Source of the DNA: Macrostomum lignano
Taxonomy: Eukaryota
Reading direction: 5' to 3'
Length of the DNA stretch: 64,000 bases
Assembly (NCBI GenBank): GCA_002269645.1
Contig: NIVC01002307.1
Location: 62,001 to 126,000 of the forward strand
The notes under the pieces are model-generated. The model did no database searches. It had not been told where the DNA came from and saw only the letters and a list, made by a program, of their open reading frames with translations. The translations under genes were made by a program, and so were the position numbers. Every line of letters begins with the position of its first letter. The stretch's first letter is position 1. Positions 1 to 13,710 of the stretch are shown piece after piece.

Positions 1-819
1 GTCCATGCGAACGCAGCAGTAAAGGCTTTCTCAATGATTATCACGTGTTAAAAAAAAACTTGCGGCGCCTTTTCATGCCTGCAGTTTTCACCTGGCGTAG
101 CCACTTGAGAGGTGTCTGGCCTGCTTCAAACACTGCCGCTGGCGGTGGCTAATGTCAGCACTAACACAAGTTTTGTTTAAGTGTGATTTTATTACGCTTG
201 CTCGAAGTTTTAAAGCTACCGGTTCGGTCATGATTTTGCATGTCGAGCACGATGAAACCATAAAATTTGGAAAATTTCTGAATGTGTCACGATAAAACAA
301 AATATTAATTATTTTTTACGCGCGAATTCTTCACGGTCTGGATGGGCTAAGGATTCTGGACAGTTTAAGGAATTTCTTGATTTTTTGTCGTCTTCACTGT
401 ATCACCAATTGTTAAATCTTACGAGTGTGGAAATTCTTAGAAAATTTTGTCCTTTTTTAACAAAGTTCAAAGGGTTTCTTTTGTTCCTGAGATTTCATTT
501 GCAAGAGACAGCATCTTTATTAACGATTTCTCTGCTTTAGACAGATGTGGGTCTAATATAAACTACTATATTTAAGTAGTGTGCACGAGACTACAAAGAT
601 TTTAAAACGAAGAACGAAACGACGAACGGACTACAAAAATCTGGTGTTCTAGGAAATCGGACTTTTTAAGCTGTTAGTGCGACATACTACTGACAATAGG
701 CTTGGAAGATAGTCAAAACCGAAAAAATATTCAAAACGGACATTTAATCGAAATAGAGTCATAAGTTAGAACTGCATTGTCGTGCAGTTGCTACGACGGA
801 CGCTGTCTTTGGTGGCTGA

Positions 820-1100
820 CTTTTGGGACTCTTTGGGGGACTGACATTGGTGTGCTGTATTTAGAGTGCTTTGGGACTGTCTTTGGGGCGCTGTCTTTGT
901 GAGACTGCCTTTGAGGGGCTGTCTTTGTGGGACTATCTATGGGGAACTATCATTGGGGGACTGACATTGGCGGGCTGTCTTTGGAGGGATGGCTGTGGGG
1001 ACTGTCCTTGGTGGACTGTCTTTGGGGACTGTCTTTGTGAGACTGTCTTTGGGGGACTGTCTTTGGGGACAGTCTTTGTGTGACTGTCTTTTGGTACGTT
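820..1100. repeat. Degenerate minisatellite (CTGTCTTTGGGGGA-like units)
   Basis: Recurrent ctgtcttt(g)n(g/a)a units from about 820 to 1100. Confidence 0.75.
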
Positions 1101-1273
1101 CTTGGGGGGGGCGCTGTATTGTGGGGGGGGCGCTGTATTGTGGGGGGGGCGCTGTATTGTGGGGGGGGCGCTGTATTGTGGGGGGGGCGCTGTATTGTGG
1201 GGGGGGCGCTGTATTGTGGGGGGCGCTGTATTGTGGGGGGGGCGCTGTATTGTGGGGGGGGGCGCTGTATTGG
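1101..1273. repeat. G-rich minisatellite, ~17-20 bp unit GGGGGGGCGCTGTATTGT
   Basis: About 9 direct copies with variable G-run length; the ORFs over it are repeat artefacts. Confidence 0.95.
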
Positions 1274-2036
1274 GACGCATCTTTGACAGTGTTAATTAAT
1301 TGAATCGAGTTTGTGACTTCCAATCTTCCTCATTTGGGCTGAAATTTTTCATTGAGTTTTTAGTTCAACACCCATTTTCCATTCATGGTCGGAGCTGTTT
1401 CTGTAGCAGTTCCGATATTATGCTCGTGCAAGTAACTACTTGATCTGTATCAATAATGCTAGCGTATACACATATTGTGAGCTTTATCTCATAAAAATGG
1501 CAGCTATACTGCATAATGCTAGCAACAAAATAACACTGGGTTATCTTGTCGAGTCTTCATTCAAAACGACCATTTTAGCTGAACAGTTTGAAAATGTAGC
1601 TAGCGTTACAGCAAAGCTACATTCACTACATTTTGTATGTAACATTGTTTAAGTGGCTAATAGTAGACTTCTTAGTTATAGTCCTTGGTAACCCTCGATT
1701 GCATTTTCTGTTCGATGTAGAGACACCACCGTTTCAAAAAGTTACTTTCAATGAGTTGATTCAGTCTACAAATGCTTTAATCCAAAAATGCTTTTTTCGT
1801 TACTTGATTTCTCGTGTAAAACCATTGTAAAACTTGATTTCTTGTGTAAAACCATTGACCATTAACCCGATCGCAGCCAGGTTTCCCATGGAAAAAACGG
1901 GGTACAGAGTCCTTGAATCTTCGACTGACGCGGCTAATACATATTAACTTTGCCTTTAATTGAGTTTATTTTATCCATTATTTATCCTGACCTAAATCTT
2001 AATGTGCTTTCCTAGTAAATGTTCGTTCATTCTAGG

Positions 2037-2212
2037 AACAACAACAAAATACGCTGTTAGCGTCACAAGGCGCGTCTCAAGGCCAGCAGGTCACGGACGA
2101 ACGCCACGCCGCCAGCTGAATCTGGGGCGCCCGGGTCAGCTAGCAGGCAGTCGACGAATTAACGCTGAGTGCGGGCCTGCCCCCGCCGGTAGGTTGCCTG
2201 CAGGTCTGTCAG
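2037..2212 (-). mobile_element. RTE-clade LINE, 3' terminal fragment with (TTG)n tail
   Basis: Minus translation LTDLQATYRRGQARTQR*FVDCLLAD resembles the RTE C-terminal R-x-RGRP..TW.D.L..D region. It continues the frame QPVQEV broken at 4328. The tail reads aacaacaac at 2037-2045 on the + strand. Confidence 0.65.
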
Positions 2213-4327
2213 GACATCTTCGACGGCCTGGAACGCTCTCCACCGCACAGGAGCATCCTCGCGTGCATGGACTTCAAAGGAGCCTACGAAACGGTCTGGA
2301 AGGAAGGCCTCGTTGTGAAGATGACTCGAGTAAAGATCGACCAGAACACCATCGGCTGGACGGAAGCCTTCCTTTCCGACCGACGCGCAAGAGTCCGCTT
2401 CGGGCACACCCTGAGCCGCCAGCGCGTCTTCCGAGAGGGACTCCCACAAGGCTCGGTCCTGGCGCCAACTCTCTGGAACATCTACGTGAATGACCTAGAG
2501 GAGGCAGTCACGACAGCAGCGCCGGACTGCGGCATCAGCCTCTACGCCGATGATTCGGCTGTCCTCAGCACCCAAGCCCTCACTGGCGAGCTGCGGAGCC
2601 AGGATACAACCGGCACTCACTGAAAATCACCCTGAGTACCAGCAAGTGCAACTACTCAACATTCACGCTCGCCCCCAACGAGGTGAACGGCAAGCTCCGG
2701 GTCCCGCTCGAGCTAGCCGGCGAGCCACTCCAGTTTGAAGAACACCCGACCTTCCTGGGCCTCATCCTGGACTGCCAGCTGAACTTCGCCCAGCACGCAG
2801 CCAACGTCTGCCGCCGCATGAGCCGACGCCGACGCGCTCTTGCCGACCTCGCAAACCGCGCGGTAGGAGCCACCCAGGAGGTGCTCCGGACGGCCTACCA
2901 GGCAACCATCCGCGCCGTGGCCGAATACGGATGCGGAGTCTGGGGAGCCAGCGCGGCACCGAGTACCAAACTGCTTATCGAACAGCAACAGAACAGCTGC
3001 GCAAGAATCATCACCGGATGTATGCTCCCAACTCGAACCACGGAGCTGCTTCGGACGGCCAACCTCCCCCCCTTTGGCCACACCATCCTGGAACGCGCCG
3101 CCTGCCTCCGAGAACGGGTGCTGCGCCTCCCGGAGGACGTCCCAGCACACCGGACTGCGGCCAGAGACACCACCAGCAGACTACGAAACCGCGCCTACGA
3201 GAGCGCCCGCCGACAAGAAGAGGCAAATTTTAACGCGCTACTAGACAATGATTACAAGCGCCCTTTCCGCGGCTGCTGGCGGCGAATCGCGAGAGAAATC
3301 ACCGGTCCCTGCGGCCTCGAAGACCGGCCCAGAGAGCCGTTCCCGCCACCGCCGCCCGACCTGGCACACCTCGCGCTCAACCGGTACAGCCAGACTTTCG
3401 ACCTCACCCTCGCCGACGGCTGCGGCAGAGCAGTCCCGACGAGCGTCCGCCGCGACAGGGCGATGTCAGCTCTCGAGCAGCTAACACCCTGTGACATCGA
3501 CGCGTGGACGGACGGCAGCGTCAAGGAGGGCATCCACGACGCATGGGGTGCCGCGGTAATCTGCACCCGCCTCTGGTGCCAAAAGATCACCGCCCCGGCT
3601 GGCCGGATCGCATGCAGCTTCCAGGCGGAGATGGTCGCGATCAGCGCCGCCCTCGACTACATTACTCAACTCCCGCCAGAGCACGGCCTTACAGTGCGGA
3701 TCCTCAGCGACTCCAAATCAGCACTCACGGCCCTCCAGAGCGGCCCCAGTAGGCAGGTCACCGCCGCCGGAAGCCGCTGCTGGGAGGTACTGGCCCACAT
3801 GTCGCGCCCGTGCGACTTCGTCTGGGTCCCGGCCCACTGCGACGTCCCGGGCAACGAGCAAGCAGACCGCTGCGCCAACGAAGCTAGACGCGGCCAACAG
3901 CAGGACGAACCCATTACGCTGCAGGCCGCCAAGGCCGCCATCCGACGCGCGCGGTTCGCCCGCGACCAGGAACTGCTTGGACGCCCCTGGCAACGACCAC
4001 CACGACACCTGACCAGGAAAGAAACGGTGGCGATTAACCAACTCAGAGCCGGGTGCTCCACCCTGGCCGGGGCCACACGTCACCGGGTCGGCCTGACTGA
4101 GAACGCCAGCTGTCCCGATTGCGGGGCGCCCGACACGGAGGAGCATATCATCCTTGAATGCCCACGCGGCGACGCCCTTCGGGCGAGCACTGAGGACGAG
4201 AGGGACATCCGCGACGACCCGGAGCGCCTTCTCGCCCTCCTTCGCAGGTTGGGGCGCCTCTGAGCGCCCTCCCCCCAGCTGCCAGCGGCAGCGTTGTGGG
4301 GCGGTGGAAGAAAAGAAGAAGAAGAAG
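2213..4327 (+). mobile_element. 5'-truncated I-group (Ingi/Nimb/I-like) non-LTR retrotransposon: RT, RNase H and CCHC knuckle
   Basis: RT motifs MDFKGAYETVW, GLPQGSVLAPTLWNIY and YADD (2267-2623), then a deletion/frameshift. ORF 2683-4263 has RNase H motifs (WTDGS, QAEMVAI, LSDSKSAL, WVPAHCDVPGNEQAD) and CPDCG..DTEEHIILEC. A (GAA)n tail lies at ~4306-4327. Confidence 0.92.
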
Positions 4328-5520
4328 CACCTCCTGCACCGGCTGTGGGCAGTACGTCGATCGGCGCGGATGATATGGCCTGCAAGCTGGAGTCGCCGAC
4401 GGCGCAACAGGTTGCTTGGACTGACCACCGATACAATGCCGCGTTGGTCACTCGCTCGTAGCCGATCTTGAAGGCGGCGCGCAGCAGGCCAGCGTGCGCC
4501 GCGTCAACTTTTTGATCGAGCGAATCCACCAGCGTCCAGGTCTCGGCGTTGTACAACAGGACGGTCTCTATCACCGCCTGGAACAACGCCGCCCTCTGGC
4601 GGTCAGGTAGGGCCTCACAGAACGAAAGGCAGCCCAGGTAAGCCTGCGGCGACGCCGCAAATCCTCGCGGACACCAGGAACCAGACCGCCGATATAGACG
4701 AACTGCTGACAACGCGGAAGCTCTGTCGCCTGTTCATCAGCGCCTCGGGACAAAATCGCAGCCTCGATTCCTGTCCGACACGCAGAGCACAACGGTTTTC
4801 TGCGTGTCGACCACCAGGCCGACACTCGCCGCAACAGCAACTAGCTTGTCTAGTTGTCGCTGGGCGCCCTCGACAGTTGAGGACAGCAGGGCGAGATCGT
4901 CGGCGTAGCCAAGCACGCTGAGCCGCCTCTCCAGTTGACGTCGACCCACGCGTCGCCGCAACAGAAAGCCGTTGTCGTTGGTAAGAAAAGCAATCCGCAG
5001 CACCCAGTCAAGCACCAGAACGAACAGAAACGGCGCATGCGTGTCTCTCAGAAGCACCCTGGAGGATGTCTCAAAGAAGTCCGGTAGGCCGTCCAGTGTT
5101 GAAACAGCAGCTCTCGTATCACGGTATATCTCAATGATGGCGGAAATTAGCTGCTCTGGCACGTTGTACTTCTGGAAATCTATGAAGATAACAATCAGGA
5201 TTGATTGGCGTGTCCGCGCCTCTTCGATGACTCGGTGAAGAGCTAGAATCTGCGTCACTGTGCCGCGATGGAGCCGGAAGCCGTTCTGCTCAGGACGAAT
5301 CTGCACGAGACAGCGATTCCTTCCCGGAATCAGCGGGACTGCTTGTTCCGCGGCGGCTCGAACTGCAGCACCTCCGCGTACTCGGCACCTCCACGTTTGC
5401 CGCCGAGCATGAAAGCGCTGGCAAAAGCGGCTGTGCGTGTCGGCGTCTCTGAGCGCGCGGTAGTAGCGCTGCGGTGACCGCTTCGGCGGACGGTAGAGTG
5501 CCGGAAGGTCCGCCCGATAC
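4328..5520 (-). mobile_element. Degenerate RTE-clade LINE RT region (frameshifted)
   Basis: EQNGFRLHRGTVTQILAL, IFIDFQK, LGYADDLALL, VLLYNAETWTL and RRRLQLAGHIIR are spread over several frames. Confidence 0.88.
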
Positions 5521-6666
5521 CAAAGTTATTTCGATCGAACGCATTTTTACTATCGAAGGTCATGAGCTTTATAGTATACAGTATAAAATCACTGCACCTC
5601 CTTTACACTTCCTTCGCTTTGAGAATTCGAACAGAAATGAAAAACGAAATTCATTGACGAGGACCTGAGCTTAATAGCATGAAGTTTGACCCATGCAGGC
5701 AACCCGCAACTTCTATGCTTGTGTTTTATTTCTGGCATTCCTGTCTTTTTTCCTGCATTGGATTTAATCACTACATGACAATTACGAGCTACATTCAACG
5801 TTTCAGTATATTGATTACATGTATATTTGGGACGGCCAGCCCCAGCCCCGATGCGCCATCATCGCCAGCCACAAGGGGTGAGGGGGGCGGCAGATGCCCC
5901 TTGGCCGATGTGAGTTTTGCAAAAAATTCGATTTACTTTTTAGGTCACAATATAAATGACCTTTTGACCTTATAATGGGAGGATCGCGGACCTTTTAGTG
6001 GCCTCTGCATGGCTGCGATTTAGATGCATTTTTTCCTTCCTTTCGTTTCCACTCTACCTCTGCCTCTTCTTTAATTCCTTTCTTTCTTCATTTCATTTTT
6101 TTCCAGTGGAGATTGGCGATGCCATTGCTGAGATGAACTTGCCTTCAGCTTCATGGCCCAAGCTCTTAGTCTTACACTTACATGTAATTTCAGCTATTTA
6201 CTCAGTTAGCTGGTAAACTACTTTTATCAAGACTCAAGTGCAAATCCGCGATTTCCAAAATTAGTAGAGCATATGTGACAAAACGATGGGATTATCCATT
6301 CCTATTTATTCTCCCAAAATCATGTATTGAAATAATAGCAGGACATGAATGCAAGGTTGAATTGACAATTAAGAGTTCGTACAACAACTGACTGCACTGA
6401 ATCGTAGTAAGATTTTAAACATTTCTTTTAAAAAGCAACAACAGCGCGTTGGAAAGGGCGGGGAGACAAAAGCATGAAACTAGGAAAACAGCTATAACTA
6501 ATACGCTTTTATCATTGGGCCAATACAGTTGATGAATGAAAAAAATTTGCAGCTAAAAAGTAAAGCTGTACAAATTAAAATAAAAACGAAGTTATAGACT
6601 CGACTCAGTCTTGCAAAGAACAACATTGTAATTGTAAATCAGGCCAAAACAATTAACTCCTTTTTA

Positions 6667-7307
6667 CTACTCGAAAGCCTCCTTGTCGTACATAAACTCG
6701 CCCAGGCCGGTTCCGACCCGCTTCAGGTTGGTCACGTGATCGCCCAGCTCTTTGATGGCCTCAACCTGCTCCTGAAGGTATTCGGTCTCCAGGAAGTCGC
6801 ACATTTGCGGATCGCCATGGCTGTCAGCCACTTTGTGCAGGTCCAGCAGGCTCTGCGTGGTTGATAAAATTAGGACATGACGTCATAGTTTAAAGTAACT
6901 ACAGTATGTACTTTTAATATCTATATGAACGCTTCTATACTATGGTTATAGCTATAAAATAGAACCAGTATTTTTGCACATACCTGGTTAACCACCTTCT
7001 CCAGCTCAAGAGCGTCGGTGATAGCCTCAAGCATGCTGCCCCAAGTCTGCTTCACGGGCTTCTGGATGTCCTGAAGCACGATAGTGCCGCCGCGCATGTT
7101 CTGGTACTTCATCAGCTTCTCAGCGTGTTCGCGCTCCTCCTTGGAACTCTTGTTAAAGAATTCGGCGATGCCTTTCAGGGCAACGTCGTCGCGACTAAAG
7201 TGAAAGTACATTGCTTGGTAAGTGTACGAGGCGTACAGTTCCATGTTGATTTGCTTGTTGACTCCGGCCTCGCAGTTCTCGTGGTAGTTCTGGCGAACTC
7301 GGCTCAT
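6667..7307 (-). CDS. FTH1: Ferritin, H-type, 169 aa; join(6984..7307, 6667..6852)
   Basis: Exons join in phase 0 across a GT..AG intron. Ferroxidase residues are present: [31 protein letters not shown]. Ends [11 protein letters not shown]. Confidence 0.96.
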
Positions 7308-7369
7308 TTTGTAGACTTTTCTAAGGTTGCTTTGAATATTAGGAACAGCAAAATATTCTAGCCGTATTT

Positions 7370-7403
7370 ACTGAGGTTAGAGCTAGAAGTAGGGGCTTTT
7401 ATG
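7370..7403 (-). promoter_or_regulatory. Ferritin core promoter: TATA-like CATAAAAG plus Inr TCAGT
   Basis: CATAAAAG at 7403-7396 starts 31 nt upstream of the A (7372) of TCAGT at 7374-7370, the canonical TATA-Inr spacing. Confidence 0.6.
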
Positions 7404-10400
7404 CATTAAAGTCTGTCTATGTGAAAGACGCATTGCAGCTCTTTCACCTACTATTCCCCGCTCTACTCCAATAACGTTTGAGGGATAGACTTGTTTTGCT
7501 CTTTCACATTAAATGTGAAAGTTTCCTAATACACAAGTCACATGCTAGACGCCCAAGCAGACAACCCAACCTCCTTACCAGCGTGCGTACATTTGTAGTG
7601 TACGCATGGCATACCATTCATTTACTTTTGTAGATTCTGTTTGAATAGCAGATACTGAATATTCATATGCATTTGCATACAGTTTCAATAAGTTAATAAT
7701 AAAACGCTGAGCAGTTTACATGTTTATACCTACTTCTATCAAGTCATTATCAAGTCAAGGTGGTCAGTCATTCAACTTTTTCATAGAAATTATTACAATC
7801 ATAAAAATGTGGTGGTATATCCATTACACATTTAAATGTGCATAAAATTTATGGATAAGTTTTTTATTTTTATTTTTATATTCTTATTTCTTCTTTGAAA
7901 CTTTGAACATTATAAAATTGAAATTAGAAATTACCGCAATTCAAGCTTTTAAGTAAACGTGTGAACGAAACAATTAATATTATAGAAGTTGCAGAGATTT
8001 ATAAACTGTGTTTAATCCAGAATCCACCCAGCAGATTTAAAAAAGCTTTCAAAATGTACAAGACACTGTACTTAAACTATATGAACTACTTTTCCAATTC
8101 AAATATGATAGCTGTTACACATGTAACACAGGAGAATTAATGTCGCTGACATGTCAGGCTTGAAGTTAAAGTTAACAAAGTAAGGTTAAATTGGCATGCA
8201 GCCATGCACAGGTTTTTATAATATCGCGTGAATAAATGAAAAAAGCCCGATATGGCGTATTTAATTGGATTGTCCTTACATGTACATTTAAGCATTACAT
8301 TCCCTATCTAGCTCCAGCTTAAGGTTATATTTGCAGTGGAGCAACCAGAAATTTGTTGAGGGGGATTCTGGAGGGTAAAGAGTAAAGACCCAAGGGGGGC
8401 GGAGGTGGTGGCTCTGTATTTTGGCGAAAATGCGCTTGGCAAGCCCCCCTTGATTTTTTTCAGGTCTTTGCTCAAGGGGGGCTACTATAGCAATCTACAG
8501 TTGTTACATATACATATACTTTGAAAAAACAAGACCTGATTAGAGTTCAGGGATGATGATCGATATTTCTAAAACTCTTGTGCCCACAATGAGTAAAAAG
8601 GGGCGAATTCAACAGTACATGTACTTGATCAAAATCTCAGCCAAGATCGATCCTAAAACGTCTCTTTGCCCAGTAAAATTTCGTTTCGTTTGTTCTGTTT
8701 GGTATAAAGTTATGAAAGCGTTGATAGCAACTTAAAGCGAAAACTTATAAATTTTATAAACAAAGCGATAGTGGGCTAACAATTAGCATCTAACATGACA
8801 AATAATTAACGCGCGAAGCTCTATGCAGAAGTTCTGATCTGTTAAAAAGTAAAGGTATAACAAAATTCTTTACACGAAACTTCTTACTGGCAAAATATGA
8901 TTTTCTCAGGGCTTAAAGTAAAATGTTTACTTTATAAAAATTTTGGGGTGATTGGCTTTTTTTTTCTAACAAGTGTACCTTTGAATGTACAGAAAAATTT
9001 GTTTTCTAAAAAATATCTTTTCAGATTGCTTATGCGGTACATCAGTAGTAATACCTTATTCGTATGTTATAGTAACAGTAAAATCATATATACAATAAAT
9101 GTTGTTATGGTCTGAACTGTAAATCTTTCTGCGGTTTTTCATGGTAGGCCAGTCAGTTGTAAGAAATTAAATGTTAATATTATTGACCAGTCTGTCATCG
9201 AAGCTATATACTATAGCTATTTTGTTTCGTTTTTTATTACATTTATTAGATTTATACAGTACTTAGTTTTCGATTTAGAACTAATTACTAACGACCTGAA
9301 CTTCCTGAAGGCTAACACCAAAGCAGAATTTTGTCCCATTATAATCTATCAAGATAACATATAATATGAATCTAGGCCTAGGGCACGGAATTTGAATGTT
9401 CTATTTTAGCCTTGGTTTGTTTTCTCATGACCCAAGTCAAGCTTAGAACTCAAACGAATGAGTGAATGAAGACAAGTAATACAGTTGATACATAATATAG
9501 AAACATGGCACCAATGTCTTGTCTCAATGGCTAGGCCTTCATTCAAAGGAACAATTTACAATACTTGCTTGTTCAGTTATTATGACTATGTATAGAAGAA
9601 GCTTAATAAGTTATTTTGATTTTTGGATATAATCTAGTTAATAGCATTTTGCCACCATACCCCTGCTCTGTACCTCTGTAGCTATAGGCATAGCCATACT
9701 GTATTTTACCATGCCATCTTTGTAACCACAATTTGTTATGTTTAAGATGGTCAAATCTCCTTAGACCTATATAAAATTTAACAAAATTAACAAAAACCTC
9801 TGCTTTCCAAAAGCAGAAAGTGAAACACATGAAACAAAATCAAAATTGATCAAAAAAAAAGCAAAAACTCTTTTAAATTTAGTGATTTGTTTAGTTTGGT
9901 ATAACAAATATAGATGCATTTTATATGTATAGCTCATAGCTGATAATTTTAATTAGCCAAGAATATAGTTATAAAAAGTTAAAATAAAAATAGGTAATTT
10001 TACAAAAAAAGATTTATTAACAAATGTATATTATAATAGGAAATTACATAAGGTATTCTAAATCTCCATAATCTATTACCATAGTTACCACTAGTCAAGA
10101 ACTCTAGCAATCTATAACTACATTTTGTTTTAAAAAGTACTATCCCAATTTTTTATATCTATATAGTCTATAGCCATAATTATGATAGAATACTATTAGT
10201 TAACTATAGAATACTACTAGTTAAATAGCAAGGTAACTTTGTCTTTAGTTTTGACTTTTTATCTTCAAATAAAATATTAGCTATTAAAACTAAGCCTAAG
10301 GCCTAGTTTCTTTTTTCATTGATATTATATTAAAATATTTCAAGTCTAATTTGTTTTTAAAAAATTAATTTGATAATTTCTTGTAATATAGAAACTAATT

Positions 10401-11252
10401 TAGACAGTAAATATGGAACAATTTTTTATGCTTTAAATATTTTTATAATATAGAATGTTCACAAAAGTCTACTAGGCACTAGATTTAAAATTAAAATATA
10501 AAGTTTTATGCAATAAAAATAAATTCATAAAAATAATCTCTTTATAGCTATAAGCCTCAGAGTTTTCTTTTTCATCAGAGACAAGGTGCAAAATTGCACT
10601 TTATGCTCACTTTCAAGGTGCAATTTTAAGGCTTAGAGTGCAATTTCTTTTTTTTACTTAAAGGCAATGCAAATAAGGCTTCAATGAAAAAATAGGTTAT
10701 GAGACTGCACTTAAACCACATCTACTTTTTATTTTAGGGTGCAATTTTAAAATTTAGAATATATATAATGCATATTCTGTGCATAAAAAATAAACCTAGA
10801 ATTAGGCATTATGCATAAAAATACAATTTTTTTATATAAATATATATGGGGAAATCCAAAAATCGGGGGCAAGTTTTATGAAAATTCGTTTTTTGGCAAT
10901 TTGAAAGCAATAAAGCTATAAAATAAATTTATTCATGTTTTTAAAAAGTAAAAAAGTCTATTAAAGCACAAATTATTTTCGTATAGCTTTATTTTTAATA
11001 AAATGATTTGTTAAAACGGTAAGTTTAATTACGACCTAAAATGAGTCTAATGAAAATGATTAAAAAGCTATAATAATGTATTTTATTAACTTTAACTATC
11101 TTATAATGTTACACTTTATAATTCTACAACATATTTAACATTATTTTAAGGTTTTATTTGTTTATCACTTTCGTTACTCTTGACAACGTGTATTTTGTAG
11201 AGTTCGTTTGCAATAAATTGTATTCAACGTAAGTTTATTATTTAAACATACA

Positions 11253-11960
11253 AATTCCCGTAAGGATCGGAAAATTGCATTTTACTCAGCTTCTACTAAA
11301 GCGATATGGAAAATTCTTTTTTTCCTGCATACACGCTGCGATGATACATGTTTTAGTGTAATTTCATTGTTCTTCGTCGCTTAATAAGCATACAGTAAGC
11401 ATCTGATTTGGAAGCCGGGTAACACATTGGAATTCCCATAAGGATTGGAAAATTGCATTTTACTCAGCTTCTACTGAAGTGATTTGGAAAATTCTTTTTT
11501 TCCTGCATACACGCCGCGATGATACATGTTTTAGTGTAATTTCATTGTTCTTCGTCGCTTAATAAGCATACAGTAAGCATCTGATTTGGAAGCCGGGTAA
11601 CACATTGGAATTCCCATAAGGATTGGAAAATTGCATTTTACTCAGCTTCTACTGAAGCGATTTGGAAAATTCTTTTTTTCCTGCATACACGCCGCGATGA
11701 TACATGTCTTAGTGTAATTTCATTGTTCTTCGTCGCTTAATAAGCATACAGTAAGCATCTGATTTGGAAGCCGGGTAACACATTGGAATTCCCATAAGGA
11801 TTGGAAAATTGCATTTTACTCAGCTTCTACTGAAGCGATTTGGAAAATTCTTTTTTTCCTGCATACACGCCGCGATGATACATGTTTTAGTGTAATTTCA
11901 TTGTTCTTCGTCGCTTAATGAGCATACAGTAAGCATCTGATTTGGATGCCGGGTTCACAT
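11253..11960. repeat. 178-bp tandem repeat, ~4 copies
   Basis: aattccc(a/g)taagg starts at 11253, 11431, 11609 and 11787; the copies are near-identical. Confidence 0.97.
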
Positions 11961-12899
11961 CTTGTGGTACCATTTTTTACCCAAAATTTTTAAGTCTAAA
12001 TATAGGCATATTACAAATACTATTACAAATAAGTTGATATTTAAATGAAAGAAAACAACTTAAAGATTATTTTGCAACAAGGAATTAGCGATATATTTAC
12101 TTTTAGAAAAAGATGTTTGCTGGCAAACTTTGCACTTTATATTAGTATGAATTTTTGCGAGTTTATATGGTTTTAGAAAAACTTTGAAATCCTTAGAAAT
12201 ACTTCATCTTTTTGAATTGAATAAAAAGTAAAACACAGATTACTTTCTGTTTTGTAATTAGTAAAAAAATTAGCCTTCTCTAAGGCCTACAAGTCTTAAA
12301 ATTAATTGTTTAATAATGAAAAAAAGTGAAACAAAAAATTGCAAATCGGTCAACTCGGACTTTCAAAATGCTTTTTTGTGGTTTTTTCTTATTTATTCAA
12401 CAATACAAAGCATGAAAACAATAGTTTTTATCCAGAACTATTTTCTAAAGACATATCTATCTTTCAAAAACCTTTTTTAGATACATTACTTTCCATCGAA
12501 TGTCCGCAGATTTGTTTTACCGTTTTATCCCACGTTTTTGGATTTCGCCATATGCTATACCCAAGATTGTTGAGTACATATTTGAATGTATACTAGAACC
12601 AAATACACAATATATACTAAATAAAATACACCCTAAAAATTCTAGTATAAATGATATCTTTTAAAGGGTCTATAAACTTTGTCAACTAGAAAATTGTTAG
12701 CCAGTAAGTTGCCACCAAAAAGTTGCAAGCTAGAAAGTTATTAGCTAAAAAAGTTGTCAGCTAGAAAATTGCTAGCCAAGGTTGCTAACCAGATTGCTAG
12801 CTAGAAGGTAAGAAGGTTAACACAAAGGACCATAGCATTTCTTTGCACATACTTTTGTCTTTTAGCTAGTGCTTCACTTGCTGGCTATTGCCATAAATG

Positions 12900-13710
12900 G
12901 CATCAGCTATTCCTAATGGTTGTTTTCTTTTATGAGTGCTTTTTGAGTGCTTTTAGTAGCTTAAATATCTATGGTGCATTTCACAAAAGTACTGTCTGTA
13001 TATGGCAATGCCACACTTCAACCCACTTGTTTACTTAATGCTGGCCATTTAGAATACACTGGCAAATGTTCCATGAAGAGATTGGGAAGCAAGGGTAGTG
13101 TCTCTGTTCATTAGGCATATGTCTGCCAATCCAGTTTTCTCAAAATAGTGAGTTATAATCTCCAGCTGCAGTGAAAAATCTACAAACATGATGAGCTCAT
13201 CAAAGCTAGCAGCAATTCAGTTTTCTAGTATAAATGCCAAAGCAGGCAAATAGTGCAACCATAGAGACACCTCTTTATCCTGCTCTAGGTCACACTTCAA
13301 ACCCTTCGACATTGCTTTGTAAATAACACATTGTTTTAAATTTAAGGGGCATCCTGTCAGCTAACCTTGATAAACTTCCTAGATGGTATTAATTTGGCCT
13401 AGCTCAAAGTTGCAAAGCTGGCTTTCATAGCTGGCAGTGCCTGGCACTATATTTGGGGCCATTTGGCATTTGTCTGTGCTAGAATTCTAAAAAATCATGT
13501 GTATGTTGCCTGTATTTTGTCAGGTAGCAGATCATAGATTAAAGGCTAAACATGCTCATGTCTCACTATATGCACTACAAGCTGTTAGGCAAAAAATTGC
13601 AAAACAGTGTCAAAAGTAAAAAAATTTGGTGGCTTGCTGCCAAATAAAAATTCTATTTGCATTAGGTCTAGAATCATGCAAGAGAAAGCACTATCCATTC
13701 TGATATTGAA
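12900..13710 (-). mobile_element. Fossil MULE/Mutator transposase
   Basis: Collinear minus-strand motifs across frameshifts: FLLHDS..NRIFI, TFDTV..QL, LPDKIQATY..FFRIL, GCPLNLKQ, YFEK/WIG, FPISSWNI, TSGFEVWH, IFKLLKALKK. Confidence 0.65.

Noticed and set aside
1863-1920. TTAA-CCC start suggesting a piggyBac end
   Set aside because: No matching right terminus was found.
7350-7390. IRE with a CAGTAA loop
   Set aside because: The five bases flanking the loop do not pair; the motif fits the Inr and lies at the inferred TSS.
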